Positions 56,885 through 64,000 of a stretch of DNA of 64,000 nt are shown piece after piece. The stretch comes from Candidatus Pacearchaeota archaeon (lineage in GTDB: Archaea; Nanobdellota; Nanobdellia; Pacearchaeales; GW2011-AR1), in contig JAGVXA010000006.1 in assembly GCA_018304025.1 (NCBI GenBank), positions 8,077-72,076 on the forward strand. The letters run 5' to 3'. The position numbers and the translations under genes were made by a program. Position 1 is the first letter of the stretch; each line of letters opens with the position of its first letter. The notes under the pieces are model-generated. The model was not told the origin of the DNA. It did no database searches and saw only the letters and a list, made by a program, of their open reading frames with translations.

Positions 56885-57481
56885 TTATTTTTCCTTTCTT
56901 ATTCTTTCAATATCCGACGTCCAATCTTTCTTTAAATCATTCCAATCAACCAATTCAAAGTGATTTCTTGGAGAATCTCTAATTTCAATTTCTCCACGCA
57001 GATTTTTTTTGTTTCCTGCAAAAGGTCCTAATGAAAAATAAGCAACGCATCTGCGCACATTTTCCGGCTTGTACATCGGTTCTGTTTCGGTAAACGTAGG
57101 ATCATAAAATACCATCAAGTCGATTTTAATTCGTTCTTTTGAGCATTGTTCCGCTAGCGAATATGTTCTCTTGCATCCCATGCTGTAAGCTACTAAAGCG
57201 ATTTTTTCTCCACTCTCATGCGCCTTTCTTATCTTATCTATATTTTTTCCTTCTAAATCGACGCTGTTCACGACGACAGTTGCATTGCACTCTTCATGTA
57301 TGTTATGCCCTAATTTGTGAAGGTCGTTTTCTAAAACAGCATCCATAAATCCATCAACACCCGCGACAAAAACCTTTTTATCTCTGTCTTCATTTCTTTG
57401 CAAATAAAGTTCAGGTGACGCACAGCTTCCCAAACTCAAAAAACCAGCCAATGCGCCTCCAGTAATTTTTCTTAATTTCAT
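56885..57481 (-). CDS. lipobox alpha/beta-hydrolase-like protein (paralogue of 39447..40076)
   Basis: MKLRKITGGALAGFLSLGSC lipobox; IALVAYSMGC nucleophile-elbow-like motif. Confidence 0.6.
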   Translation of the reverse strand: MKLRKITGGALAGFLSLGSCASPELYLQRNEDRDKKVFVAGVDGFMDAVLENDLHKLGHNIHEECNATVVVNSVDLEGKNIDKIRKAHESGEKIALVAYSMGCKRTYSLAEQCSKERIKIDLMVFYDPTFTETEPMYKPENVRRCVAYFSLGPFAGNKKNLRGEIEIRDSPRNHFELVDWNDLKKDWTSDIERIRKEK

Positions 57482-57595
57482 ATCTAAAAAATTACTTTCA
57501 ACCTTTTAAATCTTTGGAATATTTACTATTAGATAGTTACGATAAAAAAGTAAGTGACCCCTCATTTGAATAACCTCAAATCTATTTCGAATAAA

Positions 57596-57669
57596 TGACC
57601 CCGATGGGATTTGAACCCACGACACCTGGCTTAAAAGGCCAGTGCTCTACCAGGCTGAGCTACGGAGCC
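57596..57669 (-). tRNA. tRNA-Lys (anticodon UUU)
   Basis: Minus strand GGCTCCGTAGCTCAGCCTGGTAGAGCACTGGCCTTTTAAGCCAGGTGTCGTGGGTTCAAATCCCATCGGGGTCA folds as a cloverleaf by hand: 7-bp acceptor stem with G-U pairs, anticodon loop CUUUUAA, GGTTCAAATCC T-arm. No encoded CCA. Confidence 0.85.
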
Positions 57670-57723
57670 ATATTGACGACACAATAGCGAAGACTGGTTT
57701 GAGTCCTTTCCTTCGTGGACGAT

Positions 57724-57747
57724 TACCAGGCTGAGCTACGGAGCCAT
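57724..57747 (-). repeat. duplicate of the first 22 nt of tRNA-Lys (plus 2 nt of 5' flank), 76 nt upstream of the gene copy
   Basis: taccaggctgagctacggagccat occurs at 57648..57671 and again at 57724..57747. The upstream copy lacks the rest of the tRNA. Confidence 0.7.
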
Positions 57748-57938
57748 TTCGTTTGCCGCAGCGAGTACCCGAGCAAGAGCAAATCGAAATTTCCCTTCTC
57801 TGTTTGCCGCAACGAACACAAAATCAAAAAAGAAAATTCCTATTTAAACCTAACCAATCTGTAAATTAAGCATCCTCCAGTTTATTTGCTCAGTCTTAAT
57901 GCAGAATTGTCTGAAAATTAATTTTCTTCTTAACGCAA

Positions 57939-58256
57939 TTACAACTCTTTAATCTTTTTAATAAGTTCTGACTTGGACATCCCGCCGCCAACCCTGTCAA
58001 CTTGCTGCCCGTCCTTAAAAAATAAAATCGTCGGCACACTCATAACCTGAAATCTCTGCGCCAGTTCAACCCCGTCGTCAACATTAACCTTTCCGAATAC
58101 TACTTTGTCTTTCATTTCATTTCCAACTTCATCAAAAATCGGCCCAAACATCTGGCACGGCCCGCACCACTCAGCCCAAAAATCAATTACAACTCTCGTT
58201 TCGCTTTTAATAAATTTGTCAAAAGTTTTAGAATCTAAGTTTTTAACACCAGCCAT
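57939..58256 (-). CDS. trxA: thioredoxin
   Basis: FWAEWCGPCQMF active site; 105 aa. Confidence 0.9.
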   Translation of the reverse strand: MAGVKNLDSKTFDKFIKSETRVVIDFWAEWCGPCQMFGPIFDEVGNEMKDKVVFGKVNVDDGVELAQRFQVMSVPTILFFKDGQQVDRVGGGMSKSELIKKIKEL

Positions 58257-58342
58257 ATCCTATTTTATTTCTGTTCTTTTAAAAACATTTCGTTAATAGC
58301 CGATAATTAATACTTCTTTTAATTAATCTGCCGTGAACAAAC

Positions 58343-58540
58343 CTAGTTAAAACTTTTTTCAAAAGCAATCAAGATTAAAATTCCAACAACCGCAACAATT
58401 AAAGCCCCGGCGAAAAATCCCGACGCATTATCCAGCACAGGAAGTTCTGAAATAGCATTGCTGTTTCGCCAGTCAACAAAGATAACTAAGCTAAATAGAA
58501 TTACTAAAACAAACGCCAAGACAATCACCTGTTTTTTCAT
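58343..58540 (-). CDS. small membrane protein
   Basis: Two TM helices; ORF only. Confidence 0.4.
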   Translation of the reverse strand: MKKQVIVLAFVLVILFSLVIFVDWRNSNAISELPVLDNASGFFAGALIVAVVGILILIAFEKSFN

Positions 58541-58673
58541 TTTACTAAATGGAAAACGCAGGTTGCGTATTCGCGTCCTCTTTTTTCATCTATAACTAAG
58601 CAATTAAAGAAATTTAAACTTATCCCATGACTAAATCGATAATTATTTAATAGCAAAATCTCTTACAGTCTAA

Positions 58674-58910
58674 ATGGAAAAAAACATGAACATTTACTAC
58701 GATGAAGAAGCAGATTATCTCACCATTTTTGTAGGCGGGCCCAGACCAAATTACGGCGAAGATGTCGGAGAAGACGTCACGATTTTTAGAGACGAACAAA
58801 CAAACGAAATAATTGGAGTTGGAATTATGAACTTCCGCGCAAGAACACGAAATTTAGATGAAATCCAGCTCAAATTGCCTTTCTCAATTAATTTCTCGTC
58901 GCTTAAATAG
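58674..58910 (+). CDS. DUF2283-family small protein
   Basis: YYDEEADYLTIF...DVTIFRDEQTNEIIGVGIMNF is the DUF2283 pattern. Confidence 0.6.
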   Translation: MEKNMNIYYDEEADYLTIFVGGPRPNYGEDVGEDVTIFRDEQTNEIIGVGIMNFRARTRNLDEIQLKLPFSINFSSLK

Positions 58911-58924
58911 TTTCTGAAAAAAGA

Positions 58925-61780
58925 TTATTCCCCGCACCCGCCCCGCGTCGTCTGCTTGCAGGAAGTGCAAACTTTAGAACAGCTTCCAATTCTTTTAGCC
59001 GGCCCCCCGCAAATCGGGCAAGTCAATCCCTCATTTCCAAATTCTTCCAAAGAAGCCTGCTCCTCGCTAACCTCTTCAAAATCTTTGATTTCAGTTTCAA
59101 CTTTCGGAATGCTTTCAGCAAAATTAGCAAGCATGAACTGCGCGACATAATCTACAATCGACGAGGCGGATTTTATCTGGCTAATTTTCCCGTCAATAGA
59201 ACCACCGTTGACGTTTTTTACAAATCCCGACGGCTCAAATTTCTGGTGCCTGAATTTGTTGAACAAATCTTTTACAGACGCGCCATACTGCAGGTTTAAA
59301 GAAACAGTAGTCGCCCACGCATCAATCAATCCTCTGATAGTAGAGCCCTGCTTGTGCATCGTTACAAAAATCTCCCCTGGCTTGTCGTCGTCATACAATC
59401 CGACAGTAATATATCCTTCATGCCCTGAAATATCAAACTTGTGCGTGATTGACTTGCGAGTCTGCGGCAGTTTTTTTCTTTCAATCGCATTTTTCTTTTC
59501 TTTTCTTATAATTTCTCCTTCTGTTTTTTGCGTCGTCAAAGGCTGAGCCGCCTTGCTGTTCTCCCTGTAAATTGCAACAGCTTTCAGTCCCTCTTCCCAC
59601 GCAAACACATAAGCATCAGCAATATCTTTGACAGAAGCACTTTCTCCCATATTCACAGTCTTGCTTATCGCCCCCGACAAAAACGGCTGGACAGCTCCCA
59701 TTAATTTAATATGCCCCTTGTAATGAATGCTCCTTTCTCCTTTCACCGGCTTAAACGCGCAGTCAAAAACAGCCAGATGCTCGTCTCTCAAGCCGGGCGC
59801 GCCTTCAATCATATCCTTCTCGTCGATATAATCAATAATATTCTTGATTTGTTTTTCATTATATCCTAAAGTTTCCAATCCTTTTGCGACGCTGTTGTTC
59901 ACAATTTTCAGCATTCCTCCGCCGGCCAAAACTTTGTATTTAACTAAAGCAATATCAGGTTCAATTCCAGTGGTGTCGCAGTCCATCATGAACGCAATTG
60001 TTCCCGTCGGCGCCAAAAGAGTAGTTTGGGCATTTCTATATCCATTTTTCTTTCCGAGCTCAATCGCCTCAACCCAGCTGTCCCAGGCATCATTAATCAA
60101 ATATCTCAAATCCGAGGGCATTGCTTCAACATCTATTTTTTTAATTTCATCGATGTGCATTTTCATAACATCCAGCATACATTCTTTATTTTCTTCAAAT
60201 CTTGGAAAAGTTCCAATCATCCCTGCTAGTTCAGCGGAAGTTTTGTATGCTTCTCCCGTCATTAAAGCAGTTATAGCAGCAGCCACAGCCCGCCCTGAAT
60301 CAGAATCATACGGCAAACCAAGCGACATTAGCAGTGCACCCAAATTAGCGTATCCTAATCCAAGCGCCCTGAAGTCATGGGAGTTCCGCGCAATTTTTTC
60401 CGTCGGATAACTTGCGCCGTCAATAATCAAATCCATTGAAATAATAAATGTCCGGATAACTTTTTTGAATTTTTCAACATCAAACTTTCCGTTTCCGTTG
60501 GCAAACTTCATCAAATTAATAGAAGCCAAATTGCAGGCGCTGTCGTCTAAAAAAATATATTCACTGCACGGATTAGACGCGTTAATTCTCCCGCTGTTCT
60601 TGCAGGTATGCCATTTGTTTATTATCGTGTCAAACTGCATTCCAGGATCCCCGCAGATGTGCGTTCCCTCCGCAATTTTATTCAAAATCTCTCTCGCTTT
60701 GAATGTCTCGCAAACTTCTCCACCCTTTACAAAAATAGTTTTCCATTCGCCGTCCTCTTTGACTTTTTTCATAAAATCATCGCCCGCCCGAACACTCATG
60801 TTGCAATTTTGAAAGCCGACACTGCTGTACGCCTCGCCGTTCACTCCGCCGGAATATCCCTGCGCTATCAACGCCCACGCTTTTTTCTCTTCTCTTTGTT
60901 TTGACATGATAAAATCCATGATGTCCGGATGGCTAACGTTTAGTATTTCCATTTTTGCAGCTCTTCTGGTTTTGCCGCCGGATTTTATAATTCCAGCGTA
61001 AGCATCGTAGCCCTTCATAAAACTCACGGGCCCCGAGCATTTTCCGCCGCCTGTTAAATTTTCTTTCGAGCTTCTTAATGAAGAGCGGTTTGTTCCTGTT
61101 CCGCTTCCAGCTTTGAACAAGTTTGCTTCAGCAACCTGCACCTCCATAATCGAGTCCATGTCATCTTTAATGCTCTGGATGAAACACGCAGAACATTGCG
61201 GCCTGTCGTCTGTTTTATTAGCTTTGACAATTCTGCCAGCGGAACCATCCCATTTGAACATAGAAACCCCTCCAGCTTCCTTGTCATATTCTTGAATTCC
61301 AGCGTTAAACCAAACAGGAGAATTAAAAACCCCCAGCTGATTCAGGCAAATAGCAGCAACCTCATCTCCTAAAATGCCTGCCCTCTCTTCGTTAAAATAA
61401 TTTTGTTTTACTGCTTGTCTTGTAAAAAATCTCGACACTCTTCCAATCAATTGTTCAATACTGCTTTCTCTGATTCCTTTGTTAATATTTCCCCAAAAAT
61501 ATTTGCTGGCAACAACTTTGACTGCAAGAGGCGTCCAAAACTCCGGCCGCTCAACATTCTTTTGCGTAAAAATAACTTTTCCGACGTCATCTGTAACTTT
61601 TACTTCTTCAGAAACCCATTTAATCGGATTGCCATAAATATCAAACCTGAACGGATTCTTTCCGGGGAATGTAAAATATCTATTCATTTCCATTTTAGGC
61701 AGGGACATTTGAGGCTTGGCAGAATTAGGATTTATCCAAGGCTCTTTTTCCACAAAAATATCTCCGTTAAATCCGTTCAT
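58925..61780 (-). CDS. nrdJ: ribonucleotide reductase, class II (B12-dependent) type large protein with C-terminal zinc ribbon
   Basis: NPCSEYIFLDDSACNLASINL active-site block, TGIEPDIALVKYK, C-terminal CPICGG...CTSCK. No NrdB nearby. Class assignment is by pattern only. Confidence 0.8.
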   Translation of the reverse strand: MNGFNGDIFVEKEPWINPNSAKPQMSLPKMEMNRYFTFPGKNPFRFDIYGNPIKWVSEEVKVTDDVGKVIFTQKNVERPEFWTPLAVKVVASKYFWGNINKGIRESSIEQLIGRVSRFFTRQAVKQNYFNEERAGILGDEVAAICLNQLGVFNSPVWFNAGIQEYDKEAGGVSMFKWDGSAGRIVKANKTDDRPQCSACFIQSIKDDMDSIMEVQVAEANLFKAGSGTGTNRSSLRSSKENLTGGGKCSGPVSFMKGYDAYAGIIKSGGKTRRAAKMEILNVSHPDIMDFIMSKQREEKKAWALIAQGYSGGVNGEAYSSVGFQNCNMSVRAGDDFMKKVKEDGEWKTIFVKGGEVCETFKAREILNKIAEGTHICGDPGMQFDTIINKWHTCKNSGRINASNPCSEYIFLDDSACNLASINLMKFANGNGKFDVEKFKKVIRTFIISMDLIIDGASYPTEKIARNSHDFRALGLGYANLGALLMSLGLPYDSDSGRAVAAAITALMTGEAYKTSAELAGMIGTFPRFEENKECMLDVMKMHIDEIKKIDVEAMPSDLRYLINDAWDSWVEAIELGKKNGYRNAQTTLLAPTGTIAFMMDCDTTGIEPDIALVKYKVLAGGGMLKIVNNSVAKGLETLGYNEKQIKNIIDYIDEKDMIEGAPGLRDEHLAVFDCAFKPVKGERSIHYKGHIKLMGAVQPFLSGAISKTVNMGESASVKDIADAYVFAWEEGLKAVAIYRENSKAAQPLTTQKTEGEIIRKEKKNAIERKKLPQTRKSITHKFDISGHEGYITVGLYDDDKPGEIFVTMHKQGSTIRGLIDAWATTVSLNLQYGASVKDLFNKFRHQKFEPSGFVKNVNGGSIDGKISQIKSASSIVDYVAQFMLANFAESIPKVETEIKDFEEVSEEQASLEEFGNEGLTCPICGGPAKRIGSCSKVCTSCKQTTRGGCGE

Positions 61781-62220
61781 TTTTTAATTATCTCCCTTAT
61801 TTCTTTTTTGAAATCATCAAGCTCTGTAAAATCTTTGTAAACAGAAGCAAATCTTATGTAAGCAACTTTGTCAACTTTTTTTAATTCCCGCGCAACCAAA
61901 TCTCCAATAAATCTGGACTCAACTTCCTTTCCCTTCCGCCTTAATTTTTCTTCCACGTTCATTATTATTTTATCGATTTTTTCTGATTCAACAGGCCTTT
62001 TTTCGCACGCCTTTGTAATTCCACGTTTTATTTTTTCGTAATCAAAACTTTCCCGTTTCCCGTCTTTTTTGATAACTCTTAATTCCGCAAGCTCAACACC
62101 CTCTTTCGTGTTAAATCTTTTCTCGCATTTCAGGCATTCCCGCCTTCTTTTTACCATTCCCTCCACATCTCTCTTGTCAATAACCTTTGTTTCTTTATGG
62201 AGACAGTAAGGGCATAGCAT
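61777..62220 (-). CDS. nrdR: transcriptional repressor NrdR (zinc ribbon + ATP-cone)
   Basis: MLCPYCLHKETKVIDKRD...RRRECLKCEKRFNTKE + ATP-cone (VIKKDGKRESFDYEKIKRGI...). 4-nt overlap with nrdJ. Confidence 0.9.
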   Translation of the reverse strand: MLCPYCLHKETKVIDKRDVEGMVKRRRECLKCEKRFNTKEGVELAELRVIKKDGKRESFDYEKIKRGITKACEKRPVESEKIDKIIMNVEEKLRRKGKEVESRFIGDLVARELKKVDKVAYIRFASVYKDFTELDDFKKEIREIIKK

Positions 62221-62229
62221 TTTAATTTA

Positions 62230-62245
62230 ACACAATATCTTGTGT
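62230..62245. promoter_or_regulatory. NrdR box 1
   Basis: ACACAATATCTTGTGT, a perfect 16-nt palindrome matching the acaCwAtATaTwGtgt consensus, 10 nt upstream of the nrdR ATG. Confidence 0.75.
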
Positions 62246-62260
62246 TTTTACCTCTTTTTT

Positions 62261-62276
62261 ACACAATCTCTTGTGA
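62261..62276. promoter_or_regulatory. NrdR box 2
   Basis: ACACAATCTCTTGTGA; 31 nt start-to-start from box 1 (about three helical turns), the usual tandem arrangement. Confidence 0.75.
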
Positions 62277-62448
62277 ATATCTTCACTCCAGCCAGTTTTC
62301 TTATTTAAACATTTCCGTACTCTTTTTTTTCACGTCGGCAAAATCCGAAAAATAAAATTCTTGACGTTAGAGTGACAAAAGATATAAGTTCTGTTAATTT
62401 GTCACAAACTAGCTAAATCTTTAAAAATAGAAAAAATATCTCCAGCTT

Positions 62449-62691
62449 ATGAAATCAGCAATTTTTCTAAGAGTAGATCACCCCGCATTTAAAGAACTTG
62501 TAGATTCTTTTGAAGGCGAAGTTACCAATGCAAATGTGGACGCCCTAACGCAGCGAGCAGTAGATTTAGGAATAGAGATGACTTATGGTTTTGGATATGA
62601 CTTGTGTTTTGCTAGTTCTCAAAGATTTAAGGAATTAGAGCACGATGAGCGATATGTGCAAAGAATTTACAATCCACATAAAGAAAAATAA
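62449..62691 (+). CDS. hypothetical protein
   Basis: ORF only. Confidence 0.35.
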   Translation: MKSAIFLRVDHPAFKELVDSFEGEVTNANVDALTQRAVDLGIEMTYGFGYDLCFASSQRFKELEHDERYVQRIYNPHKEK

Positions 62692-62720
62692 TTTTTTATC
62701 TCGATTTAACCCTTACAAAT

Positions 62721-63356
62721 TTATCTCTTCAATTTCCTAAACAGAAAATAAGAATAAACTATCAAATAAATAGAAAAAGTCAAAACAGGAACAATCGCAA
62801 ACCACATAGCATAACCCGGCAAAATAATTCCAGCAAAAGAAATAACTCCTGCAATTTTAAACAATCTCGAGCCAAGCAAATGTGTTTTGTCCCAGACTTT
62901 GTCGCTGCTCAAAGTCCACGGTGTTCTTATTCCAACAAACCAATTTCTCTTCGCCTTCTTCAAAACAATCCCTATAAAATAAAATAAAATTCCCAGCGCA
63001 GGCATCATCATCTGAGTCATGTTAAAATCATAGCCCAAATTAGCAAAAATGCTCAGCAGATTCAAATAAAACAAAAACAATACAATCGCAAGTATCAGTC
63101 CGATATAGTAACCCATAAACTTCTTGATATTCTTCCTCAACGGATCTATCTTGACAATAAAAATAAAAAGTAAAACCATCAGAACAGAAACCACCGGCAT
63201 CAAGAACAATCCGTAATTTTTGGACATGTAGTCATCTACTTCTCCTGCGTAATTCCAGTGCGAAGCCATTTGCTCAGGCACAGCGTTATAAAAATAAATC
63301 CCGATTGCAAACGAAGCGAGAATAATTCCTGAAATCACTAGCACACCAGTTTTCAT
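62721..63356 (-). CDS. DUF1648/SdpI-family membrane protein
   Basis: MASHWNYAGEVDDYMSK (DUF1648 pattern) and about 6 TM segments. Confidence 0.65.
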   Translation of the reverse strand: MKTGVLVISGIILASFAIGIYFYNAVPEQMASHWNYAGEVDDYMSKNYGLFLMPVVSVLMVLLFIFIVKIDPLRKNIKKFMGYYIGLILAIVLFLFYLNLLSIFANLGYDFNMTQMMMPALGILFYFIGIVLKKAKRNWFVGIRTPWTLSSDKVWDKTHLLGSRLFKIAGVISFAGIILPGYAMWFAIVPVLTFSIYLIVYSYFLFRKLKR

Positions 63357-63462
63357 TTCCTCTTAACAAATTCTAATTTTATAAACTTTCTTCTTTTCTT
63401 ATTCTGTAATCCTGCGAAACGTATAAATACTTAGAAATATTAAGAATCCAAGGAATACTAAA

Positions 63463-63654
63463 ATGCGTTCAATCGATGACTTTCCACTGGCAGAACAGCA
63501 AGCCCTTTACGAAAGAGTGCTTGCCCGTATTTCTGCAGGCTCGGAAGAAACTTTTTTGAGAGAATCACTAAAACCTACAAACCATAAAACAAAGAATTAT
63601 AGTCTTTCCTATCAGCAAAATCAAACAGCGGCAATCACGCCAAATACTAAATAA
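63463..63654 (+). CDS. hypothetical protein
   Basis: ORF only. Confidence 0.3.
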   Translation: MRSIDDFPLAEQQALYERVLARISAGSEETFLRESLKPTNHKTKNYSLSYQQNQTAAITPNTK

Positions 63655-63720
63655 TTCACTACTCAAATCTACAAATTTTATCACAACAAAATTTATAAAT
63701 CTCTTTATGACTTTAAATTT

Positions 63721-63996
63721 ATGAAGCTTAAACCACTCGGCGAGAGAGTAATTCTAAAACCAATTGAATCAGAAGAAAAAACAAAGTCAGGAATTTATCT
63801 GCCAAAATCAGAAGATAAAAAACAAGGGAGAGTTGTCGAAATCGGAACAATGAAAGACGGCACGCTCATGCCTCTGCAAAAAGGTGATACGGTTCTTTAC
63901 GGTGGATATTCAAACGAAGAAATCGAACTCGACGGAGAGAAATTTCTTATTGTAGAATTCAAGGATATTTTAGCAAAAATTGAGGGAGAAAAATAA
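63721..63996 (+). CDS. groES: co-chaperonin GroES (Cpn10)
   Basis: MKLKPLGERVILKPIESEEKTKSGIYLP...GDTVLYGGYS. An ATG at 63998 probably begins groEL at the window edge. Confidence 0.9.
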   Translation: MKLKPLGERVILKPIESEEKTKSGIYLPKSEDKKQGRVVEIGTMKDGTLMPLQKGDTVLYGGYSNEEIELDGEKFLIVEFKDILAKIEGEK

Positions 63997-64000
63997 GATG

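Noticed and set aside
57724-57747. A second, independent tRNA gene upstream of tRNA-Lys.
   Set aside because: Only the first about 22 nt are present. The following sequence cannot form a D-stem, anticodon arm or T-arm.
2058-60410. Numerous antisense or off-frame track ORFs inside long genes (for example 2058..2435, 9343..9879, 17157..17633, 34626..35216, 50876..51313, 54731..55243, 59844..60410).
   Set aside because: They are embedded in strongly supported CDSs, have Ser/Leu/Phe-rich shadow-frame composition and show no motifs. This is typical of AT-rich genomes.
1-64000. The possibility that the contig is bacterial (CPR) or chimeric, given Lgt, GroES, NrdR, SleB and HD-GYP.
   Set aside because: The archaeal-specific genes (aEF-1alpha, aEF-2, RpoH/N, archaeal-type RpoA/B, eL43, archaeal NusA, TATA-box promoters) are interleaved with the bacterial-like genes along the whole window. 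Horizontal acquisition is more parsimonious, although read-level validation of the junctions is still advisable.

Overview
AT-rich archaeal window, probably from a reduced DPANN-type genome. The lineage guess is inference. The archaeal assignment rests on aEF-1alpha, aEF-2, RpoH/B/A/N, archaeal NusA, uS12/uS7 and eL43. All coordinates and motifs were read by eye from the sequence and ORF track; no searches were run. The canonical archaeal superoperon rpoH-rpoB-rpoA...nusA-rps12-rps7-fusA-tuf lies on the minus strand in the right order, but accessory DNA breaks it up. The main result is a complete diversity-generating retroelement (DGR) at 19.66-22.72 kb. It has a DGR-clade reverse transcriptase, an 88-nt template repeat and two variable repeats in tandem paralogous target genes. 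All 27 TR/VR mismatches fall on template adenines. The RT is interrupted by a 12-nt homopolymer that puts it one base out of frame. Other notable items: an intein with a LAGLIDADG endonuclease in the P-loop of EF-2, and free-standing LAGLIDADG genes, one abutting an rpoN that lacks a canonical start. Two unknown small ORFs are wired into rpoB/rpoA and rps12/rps7 through identical TAAAATG junctions, and rpoA is a single fused A'+A'' gene. A 10-kb island carries a bacterial-type Lgt, many lipobox proteins, Cys-rich secreted proteins and a Bro-N protein. There are also second-messenger domains (DAC, GAF-HD-GYP, a cyclase-like receptor), an nrdR-nrdJ operon with tandem NrdR boxes, a tRNA-Lys with a duplicated 5' segment, two toxin-antitoxin-like pairs and several unexplained intergenic repeat families. 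No rRNA genes or CRISPR arrays were seen.
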